From an uncultured virus (IMG/VR IMGVR_UViG_3300020385_000006) (lineage: Duplodnaviria > Heunggongvirae > Uroviricota > Caudoviricetes), in the IMG/VR virus record IMGVR_UViG_3300020385_000006, positions 62,001-126,000 of that record: a stretch of DNA of 64,000 bases. One strand, written 5' to 3'. The notes beneath the pieces are model-generated. The model did not search any database and was not told the DNA's origin. It saw only the letters and a list, made by a program, of their open reading frames with translations. Positions 1-9,107 of the stretch are shown here, in pieces. The first letter of the stretch is position 1. Each line of letters begins with the position of its first letter. The translations under genes and the position numbers were made by a program.

Positions 1-785
1 GCCTGATCGACTCCATCTTTCTTAACTTTGATTTGACCAACTGATTTTAATCGTAACCGTACCGAGGCATGGAATGGAATAGCTTTACCACCAGAGGTAG
101 TATAAGGATCACCAAATGCTACTCCTAATCTAGTCCTTAATTGATTTGTAAATATTAAACAAATCTTTTCACGGCCTATCATATTAGTAAGCTTTCGCAT
201 ACCTTTTGATAAAATGATAGCTTTACTAGTTGCATAACCATCTTTATCAAATTCCTTTGCCATTTCAATTTTCGTAGAAGCACCCATTACAGAATCCACT
301 ACAATTGTAACTAAACGATCTTTATTTGATTCACGTATTTTTACAACTATACTTTCAATTGCTTCAAATATATCTTCAATAGTTTCTAATGGAACATATA
401 ACATCTTTTCAAGATCAAGTCCAATTGCTTCTAAAAACTCTCGAGAGATTGCATTTTCAGTATCAATATAAACGGCTAGGCCGCCTTCTTTTTGACAATT
501 TGCCAATGCATGGGCTGCTAGTAACGATTTACCAGATGCTTCTAAACCTGTAATTTCAGATATTCTTCCGACTGGAAAGCCACCTTCTTTACGATTTGAA
601 ATTGCAAGATCGAGCATTGATGATCCACTACCTACCCAGCCACGTACTTCGCTAGGAGCTTTTGTATCACCGTCTAAGAAAAATGCAGTTTGATATCCTG
701 TATTCTTAAACTTTTTATTAAGACTATCGGCTAATTCTACAGCCAAAGAGTCTGCTAACTCGCTTTTCGTTTTTGATTTTGCCAT
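1..785 (-). CDS. recA: RecA/UvsX-family recombinase (runs off window end; not in ORF track)
   Basis: Manual translation from ATG at 785: MAKSKTKSEL...GGFPVGRISEITGLEASGKSLLA (Walker A)...YIDTENA...IVVDSV (Walker B)...IFTNQLR...TTSGGKAIPFHASVRL, all RecA hallmarks. Confidence 0.95.
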   Translation of the reverse strand, partial: MAKSKTKSELADSLAVELADSLNKKFKNTGYQTAFFLDGDTKAPSEVRGWVGSGSSMLDLAISNRKEGGFPVGRISEITGLEASGKSLLAAHALANCQKEGGLAVYIDTENAISREFLEAIGLDLEKMLYVPLETIEDIFEAIESIVVKIRESNKDRLVTIVVDSVMGASTKIEMAKEFDKDGYATSKAIILSKGMRKLTNMIGREKICLIFTNQLRTRLGVAFGDPYTTSGGKAIPFHASVRLRLKSVGQIKVKKDGVDQ

Positions 786-795
786 TTATAGCCTT

Positions 796-1569
796 TTAGT
801 CGTTGAATAACTCATCAAATGCAGCAGATACATCATCTACTTTATTGACACCAGCTGGAGCCGGTTCTGGAGCTTTTTGAGTTGTAACTGGTTCTGCTGT
901 AGCCGTTTCTGTTTCTCCTTCAGGATTCAGATACGTTTCTAGAGCAGCTTTAAGATCATCATATGATGGTTCTTTAAAAATTACTGCCAAATCTGGTTGC
1001 TGTTTCGCAACACGTTCTGCAACATTTTTATCTTCTGTCATCATAGTGACATTAGGCTTTACACGAATTGATGTTTTTGGATATTGACCAGGACCATCTG
1101 CTGGAGTAAATTCTACTACAATGTCACGTCCGCCACTTGGATCTGTAATATCGCCATAATCAGGATCTGTAATAAATCCTAATAGCTCTTGATAAACAGT
1201 TTTACCAAATCCCCACATCTTAACGCCTTCAGATTCTTTACCTCTTACAATTACCGGAACATATGTTCTCATCTTAGGTTCCATCTGTTTACCTAGTTTC
1301 CATTCATCTGAATTACCAGATGCTTTTAACTTTTCACAGAACTCCACTACTGGATCTGGTTTTCCGTTTGTAACTGGAGATAAGTAATTTTTCTTACCTA
1401 AGTTGTAATGAAAATAAAGTTCTTGGAATGGATTATCTCTATCATGCTGATAAGGTACAATTCTTACTACTTGCTTGCCAGGTTCTGGCTTCCAGAGATT
1501 GTCGCGACGAGCGCCGGTTGTTTGTAATTGATTAAGTTTCGCTTTAATTGCGTCTAAATTAATTGCCAT
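796..1569 (-). CDS. gp32-like single-stranded DNA-binding protein
   Basis: WKPEPGKQVVRIVP, VIVRGKESEGVKMWGFGKTVYQEL, DITDPSGGRDI motifs; acidic-aromatic C-tail SAAFDELFND; adjacent to recA. Confidence 0.85.
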   Translation of the reverse strand: MAINLDAIKAKLNQLQTTGARRDNLWKPEPGKQVVRIVPYQHDRDNPFQELYFHYNLGKKNYLSPVTNGKPDPVVEFCEKLKASGNSDEWKLGKQMEPKMRTYVPVIVRGKESEGVKMWGFGKTVYQELLGFITDPDYGDITDPSGGRDIVVEFTPADGPGQYPKTSIRVKPNVTMMTEDKNVAERVAKQQPDLAVIFKEPSYDDLKAALETYLNPEGETETATAEPVTTQKAPEPAPAGVNKVDDVSAAFDELFND

Positions 1570-1609
1570 TTTTTTCCTTTTTTAATTATTAATGGTTATT
1601 TATTATTTG

Positions 1610-1641
1610 TTAATATAAGAAACTTATTTCACTCTACCAAA
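1610..1641 (-). promoter_or_regulatory. Host-sigma (Bacteroidota -33/-7-like) promoter upstream of SSB
   Basis: Sense strand TTTG-GTAGAGTGAAATAAGTTTCT(20 nt)-TATATTAA; same register as 4 other copies. Confidence 0.7.
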
Positions 1642-1664
1642 GGTTTTTTGAAAAAAGTTTAAAT

Positions 1665-1688
1665 TTATTTGTTATTTGTTATTTGTTA
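1665..1688. repeat. Heptamer tandem repeat (TTATTTG)x3
   Basis: ttatttg ttatttg ttatttg tta read directly; a further TTATTTG at 1603-1609. Confidence 0.8.
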
Positions 1689-1922
1689 AGCTATTGTCCA
1701 TTGTCTAACACCAGACACTACATTTACCGCAGTAACGCGCCATGGTATTTTAAATGCTTGTAAAAATTCATTTGTATCTGCGACTGTTGTTTTCATTACA
1801 AATGTTTCTGCTAAACCATATGGATAACCGAACCAAGTATCCCATTTTTCTAATGCTTGAGATTCTGTGATAATATCACCGGGATTAAATGCTTTGAAAT
1901 CTGCTGAATATACATCTGCCAT
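1686..1922 (-). CDS. hypothetical protein (78 aa)
   Basis: Fills the gap in the minus-strand gene run; promoter motifs directly upstream. Confidence 0.65.
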   Translation of the reverse strand: MADVYSADFKAFNPGDIITESQALEKWDTWFGYPYGLAETFVMKTTVADTNEFLQAFKIPWRVTAVNVVSGVRQWTIA

Positions 1923-1941
1923 AACTTACTCTTTTATTTAA

Positions 1942-1975
1942 TATAAATATAATGAATAGTTTTCAATTATCCTAA
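1942..1975 (-). promoter_or_regulatory. Overlapping host-type promoter and late-type motif
   Basis: Sense TTAG-GATAATTGAAAACTATTCAT(20)-TATATTTA (1944-1975); also contains ATATTTATA (1942-1950). Confidence 0.6.
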
Positions 1976-1980
1976 TTAAT

Positions 1981-2988
1981 CTACTTTGATGTTTCTACGA
2001 ATTCAACATCATCATACTTAACCTCTACACTTTCGCCGTCATCTGTAAGACCAAAAAAGGACTCTGAGTCATTTGGATCAAATCCAGTAAGTTCTAATGA
2101 GACAAAAAATCCACTTTCAACTATTTTTTCTCCTCCAACAAAAGCTAAGGCACTATCATCTTTACGAGCAATGTCTGATAAGGTTTTATAATCGAATGGT
2201 CCATTAACTCGGTCTTCATTGATTAGGCTTGCATCATTAGACATTGGCCGGCCTTTAAAAAGTTTTGCGTACTGTTCTTTTAACATTTTCGGTTTCTTAG
2301 TCGTTCTTTTACTTTCGTTTAAATTTTGTTCGCCCATATAATCATTAATAGCATCTATAATATCTTCATATGCTTCAATACTTTCATCTTCTACATTCCC
2401 CTCGTTTGCATCATAAACAGTGGTAAATATTGCACCATCACCTAAATATTCTTGAGTCGCCGTCCATTTTTCTCCATCCCAAGTACCTTCATATTCAACT
2501 TCTCCTTCATATCCAGAATCATTATCCGAAGGCTCTCTCATATCATCATGATCTTTCACTTCTATTTTACCAGGTCCGGAGCCGTATATCTTTAATGGTC
2601 CTTTGGTACCGGTAGTTATAGATGTTAATCCCGTATATTTATCCATTCCATATACCCGGTTTATCTCATCCTCATTATCCTTCACATACTTTTCAATAGT
2701 CCTAAAAACATCTTTTGGATCGCGAGTTATCTGAGATGGTGAAATACTTTGATTTTGATCGTCCATATAATGCCATTCAGCGTAATCAGTATCGCCTGTT
2801 GCAACCTTGTACGTTTTTCCATTTGCTTCAATGAAGAAAATTAGCTTCTTGTAATGATTTTCGCCATGGTCTGTAACTTTAATTGCGGCTTCTGTAATTG
2901 GGGTTTCTGTAATTAGACTTGCATCATTAGACATTGACCGGCCTTTAAATAGTCTTGCATACTGTTCTTTTAACATTTTCTTTTTCAT
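1981..2988 (-). CDS. Acidic hypothetical protein with duplicated N-terminal leader; probable head-internal protein
   Basis: KMLKEQYAxLFKGRxMSNDASLI occurs twice; several (I/L)xE sites (ITE, LNE, INE). Confidence 0.7.
   Translation of the reverse strand: MKKKMLKEQYARLFKGRSMSNDASLITETPITEAAIKVTDHGENHYKKLIFFIEANGKTYKVATGDTDYAEWHYMDDQNQSISPSQITRDPKDVFRTIEKYVKDNEDEINRVYGMDKYTGLTSITTGTKGPLKIYGSGPGKIEVKDHDDMREPSDNDSGYEGEVEYEGTWDGEKWTATQEYLGDGAIFTTVYDANEGNVEDESIEAYEDIIDAINDYMGEQNLNESKRTTKKPKMLKEQYAKLFKGRPMSNDASLINEDRVNGPFDYKTLSDIARKDDSALAFVGGEKIVESGFFVSLELTGFDPNDSESFFGLTDDGESVEVKYDDVEFVETSK
2222..2980. repeat. 69-bp direct repeat pair (2222-2290 and 2912-2980)
   Basis: Hand alignment gives 64/69 identical. 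Confidence 0.9.
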
Positions 2989-3254
2989 TATCTGTATTGT
3001 CCTGTTTTAATTGCCTTTATTTGTTGCATCATAGCAGCTTTATCATCTCCTAAATCGTAAAGAAACTCTTTCACTTCATCGTTATAAGCAGCAAATGGTC
3101 GTTCAGCTTCTGAATCTATGTTCATGCGTATAAAGTTGCCATACTCTTGTTTGTCCATATCCATTACCATGTCTTCTAATTGCACACTCATGGCAAATAA
3201 CGGATCTGCTGAAAGCGGATTATTTTCTTTTAATAGTGATTTTAATCGTATCAT
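2988..3254 (-). CDS. hypothetical protein with MIRLKSLLKE leader; probable head-internal protein
   Basis: Late-type motif at 3271-3279; AGGA SD; TAATG coupling to next gene. Confidence 0.7.
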   Translation of the reverse strand: MIRLKSLLKENNPLSADPLFAMSVQLEDMVMDMDKQEYGNFIRMNIDSEAERPFAAYNDEVKEFLYDLGDDKAAMMQQIKAIKTGQYR

Positions 3255-3270
3255 ATGGTTCCTAATTTAA

Positions 3271-3279
3271 TATAAATAT
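3271..3279 (-). promoter_or_regulatory. Late-type motif ATATTTATA
   Basis: Plus-strand TATAAATAT 16 nt upstream of start 3254. Confidence 0.65.
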
Positions 3280-3282
3280 ATG

Positions 3283-3669
3283 TTACAAATCAATTCTTTT
3301 GAATAAATTCAAATGAATATGACGCACATCATTTCCGTCATTTAACATCAGCGAATTTTCATATACCGGCCAATTAATAATAAACTTTTTATCTAATACA
3401 CCGTTATTTGTTTTTCTGATAATTGCATTCAATGCATTTACCGTGTATAATGTGTTAGTTTCTTTTTTTCTATGTATCATTATGGTATTTGGTGTTTTAC
3501 CATAATCATCTGGTTCCACGTTATAAGTTACGTATAAGTCTGATCGGTTATCCGCATCCTCAAACACAAATAATCTCTTTTCTGAAATAATATATGACTT
3601 TGCCACATAATCTGCCACCAACTCCAAATCTCTTTTATGTGCAAAAGTGCATAATAATTGTGTTTTCAA
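3283..3669 (-). CDS. hypothetical protein (128 aa, TTG start)
   Basis: Tightly packed in the operon; AAGGA SD before TTG. Confidence 0.7.
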   Translation of the reverse strand: MKTQLLCTFAHKRDLELVADYVAKSYIISEKRLFVFEDADNRSDLYVTYNVEPDDYGKTPNTIMIHRKKETNTLYTVNALNAIIRKTNNGVLDKKFIINWPVYENSLMLNDGNDVRHIHLNLFKRIDL

Positions 3670-3672
3670 ATT

Positions 3673-4965
3673 TTATCCTTGTACTGCTAAATATTTGTAT
3701 TTAGACATATTCATTTTTTCTTTCAAAGCAAATCTATAATTACCTCTAGTAACATGTGTTATAACCCACTTTGACCAATCACCTTTATCTGTAAAATTAG
3801 GTTTTGGATTGCCCATAGAATACCATATCAATCCTTTTACATTATCAAAAAAGTCTTTTGTAATAGTATTAAGTTCTTGTACCATTTGATTAGGATCTTT
3901 GACAAATGGATGTCTTTCTAATCTTTTAAACCAAATCATAGCATTTTGACTTTCATTATCAATCACATCACCAACATTTATAGAAATTGCCTTGTCAGCA
4001 CCAGATGATTTTGTAATTTTTTCGGCATCATCTGGTGATATAAAAAAGCTAGTTTTTTCTCCGTCTTGATTAACAGTAACACGCGCATCTTGTACATCTG
4101 TGTCTAATTTAGATTTATAAAAGATTTGATTCAATAAAACAAAACCTTGATACATATTTGACATTGGCACATATGATACTTCTCTAAATATTCGTATTTT
4201 CTCATCAGGTATAGGTATAAAATATTCTTGTAATGTATCAACTAATTTTTCTAACGAATCCAAAGAACTTTCTTCAACTAACGGTTTTAATGTTTCAAAT
4301 AAATCTGGACCTAATGGATCTGTTCTCATAGGCGAAACTGTGTCTCTGAAAAAATCTTGTAATGTATATGTTAAATCAAATTTTGTTGCCATACCATCTT
4401 TCGCAGGATCAAAATTAAAGTTTTTGGTTAATTCTTTAACTTCATAATCTCCATCTGCCATTACAATATCTTTTTTACCAGTACCTCCTGTTTTAGTTTT
4501 ATCAATCGCTAATAGGATCTGCATTTCTCCTCTACCTAATCCTTTAGTTTCGCCAATTGGTGCAAAAAACTTTTCATAAACTTTCCATCCATTACTTAAA
4601 AATTTAGATAAATTTTGTTTACGTAAATTATCTTGGAAATCTTGTTTTTCTTTTTCATTTAATTTTTCATAGGTAGCTAAAATTGTATTTACTTGAGCTT
4701 GTGCTAGACCCGCTTCTTTAGACATAACATCGGATAAATACGGAACAAATTCTTCATCAGCAGTTGCCTCTTTAACTGGCTTTGCATCATGAAATGCTTG
4801 ATCTAACTGATCTACTTCTTTTGCAAATATAGAACCATTCACATCATTCTCTGTGAGAACTTTATGTAATACGTCCATTTCTTTTTTTGAATAAGGGGCT
4901 GTTGCATATCCATTAGGAAGTCGGTAAAACCATTCGCGTATAATGCTTTCTTTATTCATAAACAC
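3673..4965 (-). CDS. hypothetical protein with PD-(D/E)xK nuclease-like motif (start may be ATG 4959)
   Basis: GLGRGEMQILL...KDIVMADGDYEVKE resembles the E...D-x(n)-E-x-K catalytic core. Confidence 0.55.
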   Translation of the reverse strand: MFMNKESIIREWFYRLPNGYATAPYSKKEMDVLHKVLTENDVNGSIFAKEVDQLDQAFHDAKPVKEATADEEFVPYLSDVMSKEAGLAQAQVNTILATYEKLNEKEKQDFQDNLRKQNLSKFLSNGWKVYEKFFAPIGETKGLGRGEMQILLAIDKTKTGGTGKKDIVMADGDYEVKELTKNFNFDPAKDGMATKFDLTYTLQDFFRDTVSPMRTDPLGPDLFETLKPLVEESSLDSLEKLVDTLQEYFIPIPDEKIRIFREVSYVPMSNMYQGFVLLNQIFYKSKLDTDVQDARVTVNQDGEKTSFFISPDDAEKITKSSGADKAISINVGDVIDNESQNAMIWFKRLERHPFVKDPNQMVQELNTITKDFFDNVKGLIWYSMGNPKPNFTDKGDWSKWVITHVTRGNYRFALKEKMNMSKYKYLAVQG

Positions 4966-4974
4966 TTTCTTTTA

Positions 4975-4983
4975 AATAAATAT
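4975..4983 (-). promoter_or_regulatory. Late-type motif ATATTTATT
   Basis: Plus-strand AATAAATAT just upstream of the 430-aa gene. Confidence 0.55.
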
Positions 4984-6332
4984 TAAACAATTTTAGAAGT
5001 CATGTCTGTCATGGCATGGTAATTTACCCCAGCTTTAATTTTAACCGGGAATTTACCAGCTTTACTCATTACTGTACGTAACTTTATTAACAAATCTTTA
5101 CCATCTGATACGTCGTAGTCAAATAATAACGAATCATAGGTATATAAAATTAATTTTGTGTTATATTCTGATAACAATTCATTTACTTCATTAATCACTG
5201 ATAAATTATATTCTGTTTCAGATGCTTGAAGCATATAATTAAACAATTTATTAGGATTCATTTCATGCAAATGTTTTTTATATAAAGGCCGTTTCATTAA
5301 CGGAGTTTTAATATAACCTTTTGCTTTAAATATCTTCCATAAGAACTCTATAAACTGCTTTGTTTTTCCAAAAAACGGTACTTTTGCAAAGTCTTTGTCA
5401 ATACCTCCATATAATAATCGGAATGTAATTTTTTTGGAGTCTTCATATTCTTGTTCTGATATATCTTCTTTACCAAAATATTGTCGTGCAAAATATTCAT
5501 GTATAGACCCTGCAGGTAAATCATATCCTATGATATCAGCAATAAGTCTAGGGTGATATGCATCAAAGTCCATTTCAATCAACATACCACGTTCCCATCG
5601 ACTTACAAATGATTCACGGCATCCATCATCTTTATTCAATGCAGCATAATTTACTCCACCAAATTTATTGGATGGTCTACCAGTAGTAGTCCATATATTA
5701 TATTCTGTCTGTGCTTTATTATATTTTATACCATTTGCTTTGAAATGTGATACAAATTTTCCATAATCTACTTGCAATCCAGATCTTTCAATTGATGCAA
5801 AATTATCCGTTACTACCTGTTCATATTCTTCAAAATCTTTTGTCTTTTCAAATGTATTATATGACTTCATAAACTCTTCACGCATTGCAATACACCGTTC
5901 TATATGGCATGTCATTGGCAACCAATCATATGTATTAGTTTCATTATGCCACCACCGGTTCCAAACATCATGAGCAACTGTATTTGTTTCGTTTAGCGGT
6001 AACATTCGATGAGATTGCCACCATTCTACCATATCCGCATCATAACACTTTATACCGGTAAAATTAACGAATCGCTTTTTGGCTAAAACATAGATATCAT
6101 GAAGACTAGTAAGGTCTTGTAGACGTTCGATATTGAGGTTTAAACAATCCATATGATGGAATGGAACAATATAATCAACGTCATTTACAATTGAATAAAT
6201 GTATATAAAACATATGCGAGTATTTGTATAATGCTGAAAAGGATCTGAATATATTGGTATCCAGAATGATGCTCCGGCTTCAAGTGATATTAATACTTGT
6301 TGTAACTCTATTTCATCTTCGATTATCTGCAT
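4983..6332 (-). CDS. polA: Divergent, short family-A DNA polymerase
   Basis: TTTGRPS; motif A EMDFDAYHPRLIA; motif B SKKITFRLLYG; NYMLQASETE; motif C LYTYDSLLFD; ATG 6332 preferred over the track's TTG 6341, which lies inside the promoter. Confidence 0.85.
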   Translation of the reverse strand: MQIIEDEIELQQVLISLEAGASFWIPIYSDPFQHYTNTRICFIYIYSIVNDVDYIVPFHHMDCLNLNIERLQDLTSLHDIYVLAKKRFVNFTGIKCYDADMVEWWQSHRMLPLNETNTVAHDVWNRWWHNETNTYDWLPMTCHIERCIAMREEFMKSYNTFEKTKDFEEYEQVVTDNFASIERSGLQVDYGKFVSHFKANGIKYNKAQTEYNIWTTTGRPSNKFGGVNYAALNKDDGCRESFVSRWERGMLIEMDFDAYHPRLIADIIGYDLPAGSIHEYFARQYFGKEDISEQEYEDSKKITFRLLYGGIDKDFAKVPFFGKTKQFIEFLWKIFKAKGYIKTPLMKRPLYKKHLHEMNPNKLFNYMLQASETEYNLSVINEVNELLSEYNTKLILYTYDSLLFDYDVSDGKDLLIKLRTVMSKAGKFPVKIKAGVNYHAMTDMTSKIV

Positions 6333-6337
6333 GTATA

Positions 6338-6369
6338 GCAATATAAGAAAAATATTTCATATAACCAAA
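6338..6369 (-). promoter_or_regulatory. Host-sigma-type promoter of polA
   Basis: Sense TTTG-GTTATATGAAATATTTTTCT(20)-TATATTGC, ending 5 nt before ATG 6332. Confidence 0.7.
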
Positions 6370-6374
6370 TGTAA

Positions 6375-6929
6375 TTACTTATAAAATTCTATTAAATCTG
6401 TTAAATAAAAACTTAATTCTGGAATATTTGAATTAAATATAACTCTTTCATTAGCTGCGCGTACTGAATCTATAGGTCCGGATATTGACCATATAATTAA
6501 CGCTTTATTATATAATCCAGCATCAATGCCAATTTTATTTCCAGCATTTATTGATTTATACGAATCTTTATTAATTTCTATAATTTCAGATAAATCATTT
6601 TTTTGTTGTACAAAATACCTAGTAAAATTAGCTAATTCATAATCAGCATTTGTCAATTCCGGATAATGATATTTTGGAGCTTGATAATTATTAAATCGTG
6701 CACCAGTTAGTTCAAAATATATACCAGTTTTTTCTGATTCTGTTGCCTGAGAATATTCTAAAAGTTCAACACTATAATCATTAAATGTTGCTTCTGAATA
6801 TACTGCACCATTAGGATATCGATGATATACACCTATATATTCCTCATTATCTAAAGTCATATATTCTTTGCCTTTAGTATAAAATCCGGTTTCTATTTTA
6901 AATTTAGGTGTATATACAGGTCGTTTCAT
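6375..6929 (-). CDS. hypothetical protein, end of baseplate operon
   Basis: 184-aa ORF abutting the hub-like gene. Confidence 0.7.
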   Translation of the reverse strand: MKRPVYTPKFKIETGFYTKGKEYMTLDNEEYIGVYHRYPNGAVYSEATFNDYSVELLEYSQATESEKTGIYFELTGARFNNYQAPKYHYPELTNADYELANFTRYFVQQKNDLSEIIEINKDSYKSINAGNKIGIDAGLYNKALIIWSISGPIDSVRAANERVIFNSNIPELSFYLTDLIEFYK

Positions 6930-6930
6930 A

Positions 6931-8814
6931 TCAATCTCCTACTATACGTGATACAGTTTTTAGTTGTGTTTTCCAATCATTGCCAGATATGGTATGTGTA
7001 TATTCAGTTACAGTGAACACTATTCTCATTCCGCTATTTTTTGTGTATCTGGCTGGTAAATAATCTGATGTTATAGTATCTCCAAAATTAAATCCTTCAA
7101 TACCATCAATAGTAAGTTCCAATGTTAATGGATATGGAATTGGTGCTAATAATTTATTTTCTTTAGCAAATTCTTCCGGAGTTAATGTATTTACCATCGA
7201 TTTTATTAATCCTTTTGCAGCAGTAATAGAATCTTGTGCATATGATTTTTTATGAATATCTTTTTGGCCTGGATCTAATTTAGTAATTAATTCTGCTTTT
7301 TGATTTTCGTATTTAACTTCCGCTTCTATTAAAGCTACTTTATTTTCTGCTATAATATCAGCTGCTGTTTTATTTTTATTAAGTGATGGCGCGCCACCAA
7401 ATGCTTCTGCCTGTACATCGCTTGGTACTGCACTACTCAATGACATTTCACGTATACCATTTTTACCTATTGTTGGTCGTAATATTAATGCCTTTACCGG
7501 ATCTTTCCCTGGAGCATTTTTATTTACTATGGAAATTGTCCCAGCTGGCTTTGATTCATCTACTTCCAAAGTAAAATCCCAATCTCCACCGCTATTATCA
7601 CGTATAGATGCAAATATTTTTCTAAAAAATTCAGAAAGATTTAATTTTGATTTTGCCTTTTCTGTTTCTTCTGTGGAATCATCTTCCTTTAACGCCTTTT
7701 CATCAAATTCACGTTGAATGTCACGTAATAAATCACGCGATACTAATATTCCTTCAGCTCCTGATCGATTGTATGAAGATTGGTTATCTATACGGAAATT
7801 ATCATATATATCGCCATCTTCTTCTGCAAATGCATCGCAATTTATTCCATCATCTGTTTCTGAATAATTGTTTTCTGGCGATCCTTTTTTATATGGAAAT
7901 AATAATAAAAATGGAGATGGGCTCCATATCTTTCCTAATGTCTTACAGTCATATTTTATATCAGAATAATTTTTATCAAATTCTATCTGATAATTATTTT
8001 CATTATCAGTAAGTATGTATCTATTAACCATCGATACTATCCCACCTAAAGTTACATATATTATACGAGGGCCACCAGTAAACCAACCATTCGGTAATTT
8101 TGTAGGCGGATCATAATCATCTGGGGCTTCTAAAACTCCAAAATATCCATCAATACCATCTCCTATTTCCCCACATGTACCGTTATCTGGATCAAAATCT
8201 GAATCTTCAATTTCGCCAGTTTCTAATTGTACTCGATAGTCAATATAATCAAATATATTTTTTACTTCTGATGTTTCGTTTCCTAAATCATAATCAGTTA
8301 CAAATGTTTCAGCTGGAAATGACTGTTGACCGTTTATATCTAATTTATCAAAAAATGCACCGGATTGCCCTTTTGCGACAGCTTTAAGAGAACATTCAAA
8401 ATAATTTTGTTTTGTAATTTTAAATGAATAATCATATACTCGAAATTCATATTCACCAAAATCGGATGGTTTTTCAGGTCCTACATAACCATATTTAATT
8501 GTAATTTCAGATCCAGGTGTTAACAATGCTTCTTCTGCCTTTTCAAATGATGTGCGATCAAAACATACAAATGATAATTCAGCTTTACGTAATGATGCAG
8601 CTTCGCCTAGCAAAGAAATTTTCACATCTTTTAAAATTGGTGCTGCTCTTCCTGTACCATTTGGATTATACGTTGATTTCCAACTAGTACCATCTATAGG
8701 TAATTTAAAATCTCCGCTAGAAACTGTTACAAATGCATTATTACGAATACGTGAATTTGTTTCTATTTGTGATTGTTTAATTTTAGATTGTCTATAAAAG
8801 AAGTTACCTGCCAT
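6931..8814 (-). CDS. Probable baseplate hub protein (gp27/late-control-D-like)
   Basis: Position after tape measure/LysM genes; PGSEITIKYGY and LELTIDGIEGFNFGD...FTVTEYTHTISGNDWKTQL resemble hub beta-barrels. Confidence 0.6.
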   Translation of the reverse strand: MAGNFFYRQSKIKQSQIETNSRIRNNAFVTVSSGDFKLPIDGTSWKSTYNPNGTGRAAPILKDVKISLLGEAASLRKAELSFVCFDRTSFEKAEEALLTPGSEITIKYGYVGPEKPSDFGEYEFRVYDYSFKITKQNYFECSLKAVAKGQSGAFFDKLDINGQQSFPAETFVTDYDLGNETSEVKNIFDYIDYRVQLETGEIEDSDFDPDNGTCGEIGDGIDGYFGVLEAPDDYDPPTKLPNGWFTGGPRIIYVTLGGIVSMVNRYILTDNENNYQIEFDKNYSDIKYDCKTLGKIWSPSPFLLLFPYKKGSPENNYSETDDGINCDAFAEEDGDIYDNFRIDNQSSYNRSGAEGILVSRDLLRDIQREFDEKALKEDDSTEETEKAKSKLNLSEFFRKIFASIRDNSGGDWDFTLEVDESKPAGTISIVNKNAPGKDPVKALILRPTIGKNGIREMSLSSAVPSDVQAEAFGGAPSLNKNKTAADIIAENKVALIEAEVKYENQKAELITKLDPGQKDIHKKSYAQDSITAAKGLIKSMVNTLTPEEFAKENKLLAPIPYPLTLELTIDGIEGFNFGDTITSDYLPARYTKNSGMRIVFTVTEYTHTISGNDWKTQLKTVSRIVGD

Positions 8815-9107
8815 TACTTAGCCTCTTCTACATCACGAAGATTTTCAAGTAGATTTGTAATTGGAAATGGAATACGAATTTGTTTACCGGGAGGTATTAA
8901 CATGGAACCATTATTTAATTTATTTGCATCTGCTAAAACCCACCAATATCGTGGATCTTTGTAAAATTCATTTGCCAATAAATCTAAGCGATCTGTTTCG
9001 CGTGAAATTATATATAAATCTGATTGTTGTTTTGGAAATGATGGATATCTAGTCGTTTGATATCTATCTTGATTTTTTTTAGTAAATTGATATCGGTCAA
9101 TAGCCAT
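8814..9107 (-). CDS. LysM-like baseplate protein (gp53/tail-X-like)
   Basis: DRLDLLANEFYKDPRYWWVLADAN...PPGKQIRIP. Confidence 0.8.
   Translation of the reverse strand: MAIDRYQFTKKNQDRYQTTRYPSFPKQQSDLYIISRETDRLDLLANEFYKDPRYWWVLADANKLNNGSMLIPPGKQIRIPFPITNLLENLRDVEEAK

Noticed and set aside
2222..2980. Direct repeats as a diversity-generating retroelement TR/VR pair (an Mtd-N-like fibre is also present)
   Set aside because: Mismatches are not adenine-specific on the coding strand, both copies are coding, and no reverse transcriptase lies in the window
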